A stretch of DNA of 64,000 nucleotides from the human T2T-CHM13v2.0 reference genome, Homo sapiens (GCF_009914755.1 NC_060927.1), one strand, 5' to 3'; numbered from the stretch's first letter, positions 11,972 through 26,794 are shown. Made by a program: numbers and translations. Notes: generated by a model not told the origin, from the sequence alone.

Positions 11972-12049
11972 CCTGTTTTGTTTTGTTTTAAATCAGAGTA
12001 ATATTAACCTCACAGAATGGATTGTGAAGTATACTTTATTTTCTTTTCT

Positions 12050-12357
12050 TTTTTCTTCTTCTTTTTTTTTTTTTTTTGAGACAGGGTCTCACTCTGTCAC
12101 CCAGGCTGAAGAGCAGTAGCACCATTATGGCTCACTACAGCCTCAACCTCCTGGGCTCAGGTGATTCTCCCACTTCAGCCTCCCAAGTAGCTGGAACTAA
12201 AGGCACATGCCACCATGCCCAGCTAATTTTTTGTATTTTTTGTAGAGATGGAGTTTCACCATGTTGCCCAAGCTGGTCTTGAACTCCTAGGCTCAAGTGG
12301 TTCACTCACCTCAGCTTTGCAAAGTGCTGGGATTACAGGCATGAGCTACCATGCCTG
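12050..12357 (-). mobile_element. AluJ
   Basis: Poly-T, gagacagggtctcactctgtcacccagg, cagcctcaacctcctgggctca (J-type diagnostics). Confidence 0.9.
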
Positions 12358-14018
12358 ATTTCTTTTCTATTTTTTGAAAGATTATTATTAATTTTTCTGT
12401 AAACATTTGGTAGAATTCACTAGTAAACTGATATGAGCCATGGCTTTTCTTTGCAGAAAGTGTTTTGATGACTAATCATATCTCTATTTTTTTATAAATA
12501 TACTCAGATCTTCTGTTTATTCTTGAAAAAGTTTATGTAGTTTGTCTTTCTAGGAACTTATTCATTTCATCTAGATTATCTAATTTGTTGGTATACATTT
12601 CCTCATACTGTTCTTTTTAATCCATTTTTTTATTTCTGTAAAATTAATAGCAATATTCCCTTCTTTATTCCTGATTTTAGCAACTTGAGTATTCTATTTT
12701 TTCCCTTTTGTCAGTCTAGCCAATAGTTTGTCAATTTCATTGGTCTCCTGAAATAACCAAGTTTGGTTTTGTTGATTTTTCTCCTTTTTTTATTTCCCAT
12801 CTTATTAATTTTATTCTAATCTTTATTATTCCTGATTTTTCTCTGTTGCTTTTCTATTTCCCATTTTATTAATTTCATTCTAATTTTTATTATTGCTTTT
12901 CTTCTGCTAGATTTGGATTTAATTTGTTCTCTTTTTTTCAGCTTTTTGAGGTGGAACTTTGTTATTGATTTGAGACTTTTTTTCTTTCCTAATCTAAACA
13001 TTTAGTGCTATAAAATTTTCTCTTGGCATTGTTTTAGCTGCATCCCATAAGTTTTATGTGTTTTGTATTTATTTTCTAAACCTCAAAGAATTTTCTAACT
13101 TCTTAAGATTTCTTTTTAGACCTATTGGTTATTTAGGAGAGTGTTGCTTAATTTTCACATATTTGTGATTTTCCCTATTGTCTTTCCATTATTAATATCT
13201 ACTTTCATGCCACTGTTATCGAAGAACATCTTTTGTATGATTCCAATTCTTTTAAAAGTATTGAGATTTGCATTATGGCCTAGCATAGAGTCTATCCTGG
13301 AGAATTTTCCATGTGCACTTGAGAAGAATGTGTGTTCTAATCCTGTTAAGTAGAGTGTTCGATAGACATAGATTGTAGTTTATTCGTAGTGTTTTTCAGA
13401 TCTTCTATTTCCTTATTGATCTTCTGCTTAGTTGTTTTATCCATTATTGAAAGTGGAGTGTTGAAGTCTTCGACTATTATTGTTGAATTGTGCATTTCTA
13501 CTTTAAATTCTGTCAGAGATTGCTTTGTTTATTTTGAGGTTTTGCTGTTAGGTCTATGAATGTTTATTATTATTATTATTATATCTTCCTGATGGATTAA
13601 CTCTTTAATTATTATCTCATGTTCTTCTCTATCTGTAGTAGCATTTTAAACCTCTTTTAAAAATATTATTATAACTACACAAGCTTTCATGTGGCTGCTG
13701 TGTACATGATCAATCTTTTTCCACCCTTTTACTTTCAACTATTTGTGTCTTTGTATCTAAATTTTGTCTCCTATTGATGACATTATAATTGGATCATGTT
13801 TTTATACCCAGTCTATTTCTGCCTTTTGATTGGGTTGTTTAATCTATTCACATTTAATGTTTTTGTTGATATAGTTAGATTTATGCCAGCCATTTTGCTT
13901 TTTGGTTTCTATATGTCTTCTGGCTTTTTCCTCCTTTCCTCTTTTACTATTGTGTTTTGCACTGAATGCATATTTTCTACTGTAACATTTTAATTCCTAT
14001 AATTTTTTTGGAGTTGTA

Positions 14019-14235
14019 ATTTATTTATTTATTTTATTTTTATTATACTTTAAGTTCTAGGGTACATGTGCACAACGTGCAGATTTGTTACATACGTACA
14101 CATGTGCCATGTTGGTGTGCTGCACCCATTAACTCGTCATTTATATTAGGTAGATCTAATGTTTTCCCTCCCCCCTCCCCCAACCCCATGACAGGCCCTG
14201 GTGTGTGATGTTCCCCTTCCTGTGTCCAGGTGTTC
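14019..14235 (-). mobile_element. Short L1PA (about L1PA3-5) 3' end
   Basis: ttattatactttaagttctagggtacatgtgcacaacgtgcag...ccttcctgtgtcca. Confidence 0.9.
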
Positions 14236-15024
14236 CAACTACAGCTTTTAACTTATTTTCTTAGGGGTTGTTCTTGAGCTTAACATATACATCTTACCAT
14301 AACCTACTTAAGATATATATTGTCTCGATTCCAGAGAGATAAAGAAATGTTACTCCCATAGAGCTCCATTCCCTTTCCCCTTTTTTTGTGCTATTGTTAC
14401 ATATATATTACATCCATATATATTACAAACCAAACAATACATTATTATAATTATTACTTTATATAACTTTATGTCTATTAAAGAAGCTGAGGAAAGAAAG
14501 GAGAACAAATATATGTTTACAGTTTGTTATACTAACCTTCTTTTGAAATGTTTCTTGTTATTTTAATTTGTTCCTGTGGATTCAAGTTACCATCTGGTGT
14601 CATTTTCTTACTTCCATACACCTTTACTATCATTCGCCTACTTTGTAATGTTAATTGTCAAGTATATTATATCTTTATGTTTTAGGCTCAACAGTTTAAT
14701 TATATAGTTTTATTAAACTACTTTTTAAATCACTGAAGACATTGAAAGAAAGAAAATATACATTTATACTGTCTTTTAATAGTGCCTTTATTGGTACTTT
14801 TTAAAAATGGATTCAAATGACCATCTGGAATTATAGCTTTCAGCCTGAAAACTTCTTATAGTATTTTCTGTAAAGTATATCAGCTACCAATAAATTCTAT
14901 CAGTTTTTGCCTATCTGATAATGTTTTTATTTCACTTTTGGTTTTGAAGGATAGTTTTACTGAATGTAAGTCTCTTGGTTGACACACTGTTGAGATTTTT
15001 TTTTTCCTTCCAGCACTTTTGATA

Positions 15025-15770
<746 letters not shown>

Positions 15771-16864
15771 TATATTGTCCCACTGCCTTCTGACTCTCAT
15801 TGTTTTTTATGAGCAGTCAGCTGTTTATATTATTGGAATTCTGTCATATGTGTTGTCATTTTTCTCTTTGATACTTTCAGAACTTTGTCTTTCAGCATTT
15901 TTCTATGATGTATACTAATGTAAATTTATTTGTGTTTGTCTTACTTGGAGTTTATGGAGCTTCTTGGATGTGCAGATTAATATTTTCAGCCAATTTGGAA
16001 GATTCCAGTCATTATTTCTTCAATTTTTTTTTTAAAATTATCTCTTCTTCTTCTGGTACTCCTATTATCATATGTTGATGCTCTTAATGGTATTACATAT
16101 TTCTGTGAGGCTTTATTCATTTTTCTTCTTTTTTTCTTTCTATTCTTCAGATTTTATAATCTCTATCAATGTATCTTCAAGTAAATAGATTCCTTTTGTC
16201 TGTCAGTTCAAACCTGCTGCTGAAACCCTCTAGTGAATTTTTTATTTTGGTTATTATGCTTTTCAACTCCAGAATTACCACTTGGTTCTTTTTTATAATT
16301 TTCTTATCTCTTTTTTTGTTGTTCTCTATTTAATGAGATGTTGTCACATCTTCTTTCACCTCTTTAGACATATTTTCTTTTAGTTCTTTGAATATATTTA
16401 AAATGGCTCTTTTAAAGTCTTTGTTAAATCTGACATTTGGGCCCTTTTACAGTTAGTTTTTGTTGCCCTCTTTTTTCCTATGTATGGGTCACAATTTTCC
16501 GTTTCTTTGCATGTCTTGTGATTTCGTTAATTGTTGTTGAAAACTGGAAATTTGTTAAAGCAGCTCTGGATACTAATTCACTTCTGTCCTCACCAGAGTT
16601 TGTTTTTGTTGCAGTTTGGTTGTTTTTTGTTTGTTTGTTAGTTTGTTTTTTGTGACTTCACTAACCTATTTTAGTGAGATCTCTTTCCTCTGAAATGTAG
16701 CCTCTGTTCTAATTTCTCAAGGGTGTAGTCTTGAGTATCTGCACAGACAACCTGGGATGACTGATTTTGGTAGCACTCTCTTTGAGTGTTTCTTTTATGA
16801 TCTTTCTGTTAAGTTGTCTGCCTTTGGTATTACACCCAGCTGTTTTGTCAGTAAGGGTATAGCC

Positions 16865-17055
16865 AGGCAGATTCTACCATTTAGTGAATTGAACTTAGGC
16901 CAGTTAGTTGCCTCTCTAAGCCTTACTTTCAGAGTGATATTAGTCAAATGACTAATAATACACATTCTAATATATTATGCCAGTTAAATTAAATCATGGA
17001 AATAAAATCATCACCATAGGATCCTTGGCCCAATGCACGTAGTTAATGCTTAGTC
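16865..17055 (+). mobile_element. MIR SINE
   Basis: ttctaccatttagtgaattgaacttaggccagttagttgcctctctaagcct. Confidence 0.5.
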
Positions 17056-17409
17056 CCTGTTATCCAGACTTCCTCAGTACATATAAAGTTGATGAGTGCA
17101 TAATAACAAGACTTCAAAATTCTAAACCACAAGTATTACAGAAATAATGATTTTCTTCCCAAATCTGGTTTGGCTATCTGCTTTATTGGCTGATAGCAAA
17201 TATCAACTAGAATTAAGCTTCTCATTTCTACTCTATATTCATTGGGTATCAGGGAAGTTCCAGGATGTATTTTGTTCAACATTTGCATATAGCAGGTTAA
17301 CAGTCAGATTCATCTGAAAAAAAAATCTTTACTGTTAGTAATTATTGATATGTTCTTCCCTAAAGCATCAGCAGAATCAGATTTCTCCTTTAGAGGAAAA
17401 ATAGTAATG

Positions 17410-17530
17410 CTAGTCATTCACTGAACAATTATTAAGTATCTGGTATGTTTGAGGGAAAAAAAGATGCTAGAGATAAGGGAATAGAAAAGGCAAATATTGC
17501 TCTATCCTCATGAAACTTATAATCCAGCAG
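17410..17530 (-). mobile_element. L2 3' fragment
   Basis: tcattcactgaacaattattaagtatct...tcctcatgaaacttataatccag. Confidence 0.5.
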
Positions 17531-18084
17531 AGTCCAAGCATCAAGGTATTTCAGAAGCACAAAATTTAACTGCTTATGAAACTAAAATTTTTCTCAAGAA
17601 TTGAGATCAAATTAATGTTTTTGTAATGATATCTTTATAGTCCTGAACAGGGTTTATAAGATATATGGGAAATGGCCTATAGCATTTGGAAGGTAGAGCC
17701 AAACTTTTACTTCAGTTGAAGTCTCAAATTGCCTAAAATTCAAAGATGAATAACATATACTATCATCTACCTCCAGGAAATTTTGAATTCATGTGGGAGA
17801 TAGGCAAATAACATCAAAACTACATAGCAGTGCCCCTGGCACAAAATGATATGTTCAATAATGGAAACAAATATAATTACTACTTTCTAAGTGTAGAAAG
17901 GTGCTTGAGGAATAAAATGTAAGGTGCTTATGCCATATGAAGTATGATCAAACTTGACCTCTGGGCACAAAGGAAACAAGAGTCATCTAGATTTGCATTA
18001 ATTGTGTACCTTTACTTGTTCAGCACTACAATGGGAACTCTGGGGAAGATAAAACCACCTGTCTTCAAGGTGATTATACTGATG

Positions 18085-18297
18085 AAAAGGACTCAGGACA
18101 GAGAACTCAGAGCCAGACCAGTTGCTCAACAACGAGTTTTAGAACTATGAAGACTTTATCTACTCTGAGCTTCCATTTCCTTGTCTGTAAAGTTAGAGTA
18201 AACATATGATCACCCAGAGCTGTTGTAAAGATTAAGTGCAATAATGGATTTAAAAGGCATGTGAAAATGTGTTCTGCAAATGTGGAGGTTATTGTTA
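18085..18297 (+). mobile_element. MIR SINE
   Basis: ctctgagcttccatttccttgtctgtaaag...gttgtaaagattaa. Confidence 0.6.
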
Positions 18298-18550
18298 TAA
18301 TCCAACAGGAGAAATGCTGAGTTCCTTTTAAGCCAATGAGGCCATCTCTGAAGACCTGAACTCTGTGTGCTCATATAAAGTAACCAAGTTACCACATCAA
18401 ACATGCCTGCCCTTATTGGAGGTTATTGTTACAATCCAGGAGGAGAAATGCTGAGTTCCTTTTAAACCAATGAGGCCATCTCTGAAGAACTGTACTCTGT
18501 GTGCTCACATAAAGTAACGAAGTTACCACATCAAACATGCCTGCCCTTCT
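18283..18550. repeat. 134-bp head-to-tail tandem duplication (2 copies)
   Basis: 18283-18416 vs 18417-18550; about 9 substitutions and no indels by manual alignment. Confidence 0.95.
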
Positions 18551-19499
18551 TTCTCTAACCAGCTCTATAGTCCTCATTCAATGTAAATCCAACATTGATC
18601 ATGTGGATGAAATGAATCTAAATGTGGTAGCTTTTCTCCACTTGGAAGCTTGAGCCTGAACATGGCTAATTCTGTACCCACTCCATACTGTCCAATTTCC
18701 ATCCCCTCTATCCCCACCAATAATTTGGTTTCATTCTCCCATATTAAAGTCACACCCCACCAAATTATATGCTCCCCAAAGAGTCACTCTCTTCTTGCAT
18801 TCATCTCTTCATCTTCCAGGGTTCATAGCAGAGTGATTTGCATGTAACTCGTGCTCAATATTACTTTTAATAAACTTACAAAAGAAAAGACCATTTTAGC
18901 TGCTGGTGTTTAGTAAAGTTATCTCCAGTATTGTTTGATGCTAGCTCTTATGTTTTCTGATGTGTTACAACTAGTATGCAACATTAGCCAGAGGGATAAT
19001 TCATTAGTTCTAATAATATTTGTTGAGTTTGAACTACATGATAAGTGTTAGGGTTACAATAGTGAGCAAAGCCAAACCTGACTCTGCTTTCATAGAGCTC
19101 AGGTTCTGTTTGTTGTTCATTGTAAACGAAAACCAAGAAAAATTTAGAAGCAGACTTGGCATTTAGCTAGAACACACAAGTACAGCTGTGTATATGGCCA
19201 GAATCTATCTCAGCCAGTGCTTAGGCAACAAGGCTTAGGACATATTTTTATTATCACTTCTAACCAAATATTAACTCTTTAATTCAAAATGTCTACTGCA
19301 AAATAGATAAAAATGGCACCACTGATCTGGCCACTTGTAAATAGAATGTTTCAAACATTTTGATTTACAGTATTAGGTGTAAGATGACTTCTCCTGAATG
19401 GTCAATGTCAGCCTATTCCTGAACAAATGCAATGCAAATGGGGACTCACGTCCATTGTAAATGTACCCAATCAGATAACCTCTTTTACCTGGTTCGAGA

Positions 19500-19773
19500 A
19501 AGTGTTTCCTAGGGTATATACTTTGTAAACTATCCTCAAGAAATGCTTTTCAAAGCATTCCATGATCAAAATTAGAGAAAAAAAAAATCTATATATGTAA
19601 GAGAACACATGAAAGCCCTGAAAAGTGCTACGGTAAAATTAAATTTTAAAAAAGGTTTGACTTATAACCCAGGTCTCAAAACATTTATTTCACCACAGAA
19701 CCATTTTCCCAAAACACACATATAAGTATACTGAAAAAGTAATATTCTAGGCAAGGTACTTTTGGATACTCTG
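19500..19773 (+). mobile_element. Ancient hAT-Charlie relic (MER103C-like)
   Basis: agtgtttcctaggg..., aaagccctgaaaagtgctacggtaaa, ttatttcaccacagaacc. Confidence 0.4.
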
Positions 19774-20747
19774 CTTTAACTTATTCAGATCCTACTCTGG
19801 TAATTTTCTTTCTTTCTTTTTTTAAATTGCCATCATAGGATCTGCATAAATGCATTGAGTTGTTCTCTAAGTTCATTTTGATCAGTTATGTCATTTGCCG
19901 AAGTGGCAATCAAAATCCTATTTTGTCTTTTAATAGAGTAAGCAGTTGAGATGAGAGCAATAATAATGGCTGTTTAACACCAGAAAAAGCCAGAGAATGA
20001 TTCTTTTCTACCTGGATATGTACAGAAACCTGCAGAGGATTCATCCTGCAAGTTCATATGCAATTCATTTTCATACTTTTATTTCATATTTATTTTTATT
20101 GTACTCTTCTTTACTTTGGCAATCTTAGATTAAGTTTCCAATTTTCCAAAATTGCCTGCGGTGAACTCCTATCCCCAGAGATTTTTTTTTTATTAGTCTC
20201 TTAAGCAAGTTATACAATTCAAATCACCTCTCCCTGTCCACCCATCTGCTTGTTTTTGCTTTTCTTCCTCTCTGCTGGATTCAGTGTAGAAATCCTCTAT
20301 GCCTCCTCTCTCCCCTCCCTGTCCACTGCCCTAAACTCTCCCCCACCGTTCTGTCTATCCTCTCTGTCAGGGTCCAGGGGCCCCTTCTGTTCACATGGCT
20401 CTGGGCCCACCTGTACCGGCCCCATCTGTCAGCAAAGCAGCCTCAGCATCCCACAAACCTGGTGGAGGAAATTCTCCTCTGAAGAATTGACGTCACTAGG
20501 TGTTCTCCTGAGAGTTGTGCCCTGAAAAATTAGCTACATTGAGAAAGAATAAAGGGCATTTCAGCATGGAATAGAGGTGTTCATCCCACTGGCATTAATA
20601 AAATACTTCTTCCACACGGGACCACATTTCAGTCTTTCATTTTGAGCATTATTTAACATCAACCTGACAATTTTTTAAAAGCAGGAATTTAAAAAAGATA
20701 ATACCTTCAGGATAAACAGAAGTTTTAAAATGATTATTTCTATTATT

Positions 20748-20912
20748 AAAAATGCATTTTATTTACTAGACCTCCTTATGCAATGTAATTATTTAGAAAA
20801 TACATTTTTATTAGACCTCTTTATGCAATATAAATAATTAAAAATTATAAGTAAAAATATAAATAATTATTTATATTGCATAAGGAAGCCTAGTAAACAA
20901 AATGTATTTTCT
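20748..20912. repeat. About 47-bp unit present as two direct copies plus one inverted copy
   Basis: Copies at 20748-20794 and 20795-20840, inverted copy at 20864-20912; perfect 22-bp palindrome at 20856-20877. Confidence 0.9.
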
Positions 20913-22408
20913 GAACCTATCATGACAAAACATATTTGCAAAATTATTTCCTCATATTCTTCCAATTCAAGTAATGCAGTAATCTTTTTGGAAGAAGTCA
21001 TTCAGTTATAGTTCCTTGGCACTATTTGTAAAGGAGTCAAGGAATCATATCCCAAAGGAAGTGTTTCCTTGAAAGAAAAGCTTATCTCTGATATTTAAAA
21101 TCCCCTGTCCCCAAAACATATACGCAGTGAAAAAAGTGAAGATCTACAATTGAATAATACAGTAAGCCTTGGCTCCCTTTTTCCTGTCTGAAATTTGATT
21201 CATATTTAACCCAGATTTGTGTGTCGATTTAGAGACCAAAGTGCCAAGAGGAGAACAGAATGGTCACAGCCAGCCATTGTAGAGAGTATTTGGTGCCAGG
21301 ACTGAACAAGGTCTCAAAAATGTTGATGGCACCTGAAATTCATACATTAGAACCCTTGATGTACAAGCCGGTCTCTTGGTTCTGATGTTCCCTTGCCTGT
21401 TTCCTGCATGTGAGAGAAGTGCTGCAGCGACCCTGTTTATCTGGCCCCTGCACAACATTGTCAGGACACATTTCCATTTTCCAAGTGACTGCTGCCACTG
21501 GGCCGCAGTCTGTGCTCATTTCTCGAGTAGCTAAACCCTTTGACACTGTGGTTTTTAATTAAAATTACATTAAAGTTAATCAACCAGAAAGAGGCTGCTG
21601 TAGAAGGAGGTTTGATTGCAACCTGCAAAGGGCACGAAGGCTGCCAACTTGCTAAAGATGTGCCTGCAGATGCCAATCTGCGCACATGAGCCCCACGGTT
21701 ACAGAGCTGCCGAGGAGAGGTCAGTTCTGTTTGCATTTTCCCTGGAACTGTCAAAAAAATTGCGATGGCCGTGGCATGGCATAAAGTTAAAAAAACAGGC
21801 AAGCCTCTTCAAAGCACACCATTCCAGCATTTCTGCTACTGCCCCAAACCACTGATGTGAAGCTGTCATGTCCCAACTGCTTCCTCTTCAGATGCAGTTA
21901 GGCTCAACTGAGAGCCATTAGGTTTGTTGTTTGAGGAGGCTATAGATACTCTTAGAAGATCTTGTCTTCTACAGGCTAGGTTTCTGGCATATGATGCTGT
22001 GATTGGCTTTGCTTTGCTTTGAAAGGGCCAGAGAAAATACTTGAATGCTTCGGGATTCCTTGTTCATCTTCAAGTTCTTTGCAAAAGGGATTCACTGGAA
22101 ACTGATTACTCATAGCACAGCATATCTTTATGCATTCTGAACCAAGACACTATCAAATAAAAATTCATACATAGGACTTTTTATTTGACACTTACTAAAT
22201 GTTGCAATGGTGTTGAGTCTAAAATATAAATTATTTTATGTTCATTTCTTATATGATTAATTTACTTATATCTAGTTCTTGAAGTACCTCACACTTGGTG
22301 AGAGATTGGTTTTAGATAAATGAACAAATGAATGAATGAGTGAATGAATTAAAAGAGTGCATCATCTGTCAGAACTAATTCTATCTGTACTTCTTCTCTA
22401 AAGCTATA

Positions 22409-23540
22409 TAGTCATGTACCATGTAACGATGTTTTGGTAAATGATGGACCACATGCAACTGTGGTCCCATAAGGTTATAATGGAGCTGAGGAATTCCTAT
22501 TGTCTAGTGATATCATAGCAATCATAACATCATAGCACAATGTATTACTCATGTGTTTGCAATGATGCTGGTGTAAAGAAATCTATGCTGCCAGTCATAC
22601 ATGTATAGCAATTTTGTAGAGCACATAATACTTGACAATGATAATAAATGACTATTAGTGATTTATGTATTTATTATATAATTTATTATTATTTTAGAGT
22701 GTACTCCTTCTACTTATTAAAAAAAAGTTAACTGTAAACAGCCTGAGGCAGGTCTTTCAGCAGGTAGTAACAATGCCACAAGAAGGCATTGTTATCATAG
22801 GTGACAGCTCCATGTGTGTTATTGCCCCTGAAGACTTTCACTGGGACAAGATGTGGAGGTGGAAGACAGTGATCTTGATGATCCTGACCCTGTGTGCCTA
22901 GGCTAAACTATGTGTCTGTGTCTTAGTTTTTAACAAAAACAGTTTTAAAAAATAAAAATAACTAATAGAATAAGGAATAAGGATATAAAGACATGTTTTT
23001 GTACAGCTGTACAATGTGTTTGTGTTTTAAGCTAAGTGTTATTACAAAAGAGTTAAAAAGTAAAAATGTTACAGTAAGCTAAGAATAATTTGTTATTGGA
23101 GAAATAAAAAGGAAAATATTTTCCATAAATATAATGTAGCCTAAGTGTACAGTGCTTATGAAGTCTACAGTAGTAAACAGTAATGTCCTAGGCCTTCACG
23201 ATTCACTCGCCCTTCACTCACTAGTTCACCTAGAGCAACTTCCAGTCTGGCTAGCTCCATTCATGGTAAGTCCCTTATAAAAGTAAACTATTTTTAATAT
23301 TTTATACCATGTTTTTACTGCACTTCTATATTTAGATACACAAATACTAATTATTGTGTTACAGTTGCCTCACTATTTGGTACAGTAACATTCTGTACAG
23401 GTTTGTAGCCTTGGTACAAAAGGCTATACCATATAGCCTAGGTGTATAATAGGCTATACCATCTAGGTTTGTGTAAGTGCACTCCATGATGTTTACACAA
23501 TAACAAAATCACTAAAAATGCACTTCTCATTAAGTGACTG
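22409..23540 (+). mobile_element. Tigger3b (MER7B/Golem) DNA transposon deletion derivative
   Basis: tagtcatgtaccatgtaacgatg...ggtcccataaggttataatggagctga...gtgactg; flanked by TA. Confidence 0.85.
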
Positions 23541-24584
23541 TAAAACCACCATTACTACAAAAAGTTAGATGTCATTTTAAGTGTCAACTCTATTCATATC
23601 TGATGCCTAAATCACTATTCTAAGAATTCTGAGGTTGTATCCAAGTAATAAAGCAGAGAGAATGATTTCTGTCAAGGACTATTCTAGTGCTATGGTTTGG
23701 GGAACAATAGAAAGATTCTACCAGAATTCCATGGTTGCTTGGGAGCAAGTGGACAAAGCCTCATTGCATGAGGCTTTCTACAGGAAAGGGAAGAATGAAC
23801 TTTGAAGAGGAAATGTAACTAACTTTACTGAGTTTCAAGCTCTGAAAGCTGGCAAACATTTTCTTCTATATATCCCTGAGAGGCTTCCTGAGTCCATTCC
23901 TGATTCTGATTAATCCATTGGTCCCGATATTATTTACTTGCCTATGTATATCTATGGGTCTGTCTGGGTGCTCCATTCAGTAGCAAGTTTCTTGAATCAG
24001 GTGAGCCCCAGGTGCCATGCATACCATAGCTGTGAATGTTAAAGAGTGGCAAAGTGTCTCCCCATAAAAAGCTATTTATAAAAACACAGTTTTGTTCTTT
24101 GAAAAAGTTAATTCTTTTGCTATAATGTTTAACATTCCTTGGAATCTCAGAAAAGAATTTTTGTGTATGGATATGGTTAATTCATCATCACAGTATCCTC
24201 TCCTTATTGATCATATCACGAAAAAAATTGAACTAAACTCTTAAATACCTCTTTCTTTTAATGAAAACTTATAATCTTTTACTCATAAAATCAGTCAGTA
24301 TAAATGTTCTTTAAACAGACTTTTAGGGATAACACTTAGAAATAAATTGTCTTCTCTCTTTCATAAAACTGATTTTTTAAAAACAGAAATAAAATGTAAG
24401 TTTCTCAATTAGACGTTAACATTTTCTATCCTCTCTAAATCACATCCCTGATGAGATCCATATAAATATATGATTTTCAATACAATTTCTAGGTCAAGCA
24501 AAGTATAATGTAGTATGGCCACATCCTCCAGCTTACCAGAGAAAAGTCGAGTTATTAAGTATTACAAATATTACAAAGTACATT

Positions 24585-24720
24585 AAGTCAACCAGCTAAT
24601 ACTTACTGACCATCTACCATGGGGTAGGTACTCTTTGGTGTGAAAAGCATAGCAGTGGTTAAAGATGATGATGTTCTGCTCCCATGGAGTTTACAGGCTA
24701 CATATGAGAGAGCAGCTATA
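24585..24720 (-). mobile_element. L2 fragment
   Basis: aatacttactgaccatctaccat...ctgctcccatggagtttaca. Confidence 0.5.
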
Positions 24721-24729
24721 TAAAATGGC

Positions 24730-25260
24730 TGTCCTGGAAGCACTATAGGCCAGCTACCCATTAGACATTTCCTTGCTAATAGAATTTCAGTTTGGTTTGG
24801 GAAGGCATTACTACCAACATGGCTGCCCCCTTCATTTCAACCACATGATACTTCCCAGCTTTGAGCTTGGGATGGCCATGTGACCCAGTTCTAGCCAATG
24901 AGATCTACTAGGAAGTCTGCTGGTAGGGAAGTGGGTTCTTCAAAATATATTTTCATCTCTAATAACAAGAGAATAACCCCTGCCAGGAGTTATTCCTTGC
25001 CTCCCTTACCAGCCCACTGTCTCTGCCTTTGATGGAGCCATCCTGTAATCATGGGGCACAAGCACCAAGACAAAAAGCCAAATTCTGAGGATAGTAAAAC
25101 AGAAGGATGGAAACTTGGGGTTTCAACAACATTTTAAACTGCAGCCTCCAAACCTGAACTTCTAGATTTCTTGTTACATAAAACAATTAAATGTCTATCC
25201 CTTAAGCTAGTGTTAGTTGGGGATCTATTATTTGCAGCTAAAAGAATCCTAATTGATATA
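24730..25260 (+). mobile_element. Old MaLR solo LTR (MLT1J/K/L)
   Basis: ggccatgtgacccagttctagccaatgagat; ends atttgcagctaaaagaatcctaattgatata. Confidence 0.7.
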
Positions 25261-25956
25261 ATTGTCTTGTTTTCCAACATAGAAAATAAAACCTTCCAAT
25301 CCCATAGTCTACTCCACTTCTTCCACTTTAACATTTTACTTATACTGTATCTGTATATCATGCTACATCAAAAATCTGTCTGTTCCTTATGGAAGTCCCT
25401 AATGGAGAAACATATCAAAGGTTAGCTCTTTTTACCTGAGCAGGTTTTTGGAGTAATATCTCTGTATAGGTCTTTGGCAGGCCTCCAAAAGCTTTCCCCA
25501 GTTAATATATACATTTTTTTTTCTCTTTTCTTGCTTTAAATCAAATAGGAATTCTCTTGTCCATAAGAATGTAATTTTCCCATGCCTCCATATGAATGAA
25601 CCAATCAGATCATTCTCTGGATTTTGAGCAAAGGCATTAAAGAGGCTGAGGACATATGTGATTAGTTGGGCAGGCTACAATTCATGAAGGAACAGAAGGA
25701 TGAGGTTGAACTTGTCATAGGCAACATCTGAAAGCATTATGACTATTCCAGGCAAGATTTTGAGTCCTACTACTACTCAGGTATGCTGGCCATAAGAACC
25801 ATCTGGAAAGCTGACAAATTTTGACACCTACATTGACAGACTGAACTAAAAATATCTACCTATATGGTTTTCACAAGAGACTCCTGTAGGGTATAAAGAC
25901 ACAGAAAATTGAAAATTACAGATCAGAAAAATACTAAGTATAAGAAAGCTGAAATA

Positions 25957-26252
<296 letters not shown>

Positions 26253-26794
26253 TTCAACTGAATTGCCCAGATATGTAAATATTTGATATCATAGTGAGCA
26301 TCTGGGAAGTGACTCAACTCCCTCCAATGGTGAGATCAAAGTGGAATGTTTGCTTTGGGAATGGCCTTCCCATGCTTCAACTCTGGAAGTGAGTTGAAGC
26401 TCCAGTTAGCCAGTTGAAAAGGCAAGAAAGGAAAAATAGATGATTCTTCCCCAATGGCAGTTGGCCTATGTGCAACTAGTCTTAGCTCTTGGTGGAAAGG
26501 TTTAGAGAGTGGTAAAAATTTTTTTTTTGATGACAAATAAAAGGAAGATTAAAGTATTGATTAATACTATAAAATAAGACACAACACAACACAACAAAAA
26601 CCTCCCATGAAACTATAAATAGAGCTCATAGTTATGTATTTAATGGTGTAAAATATAAGGTTTTTATTTTGGGAATATTAATAATATGACTAGGGTGAGC
26701 CAGAACAGGTAACCTATTGAGAAGTCTGTGGGTTTGAATACTCCTTATCATTTGTGTCACATCTGAATTTTTGTTACTGGTTAGTATTATGAGG

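Noticed and set aside
21490-21510. CTCF-like gccactgggccgcag
   Set aside because: Several mismatches at core positions of the CTCF motif.
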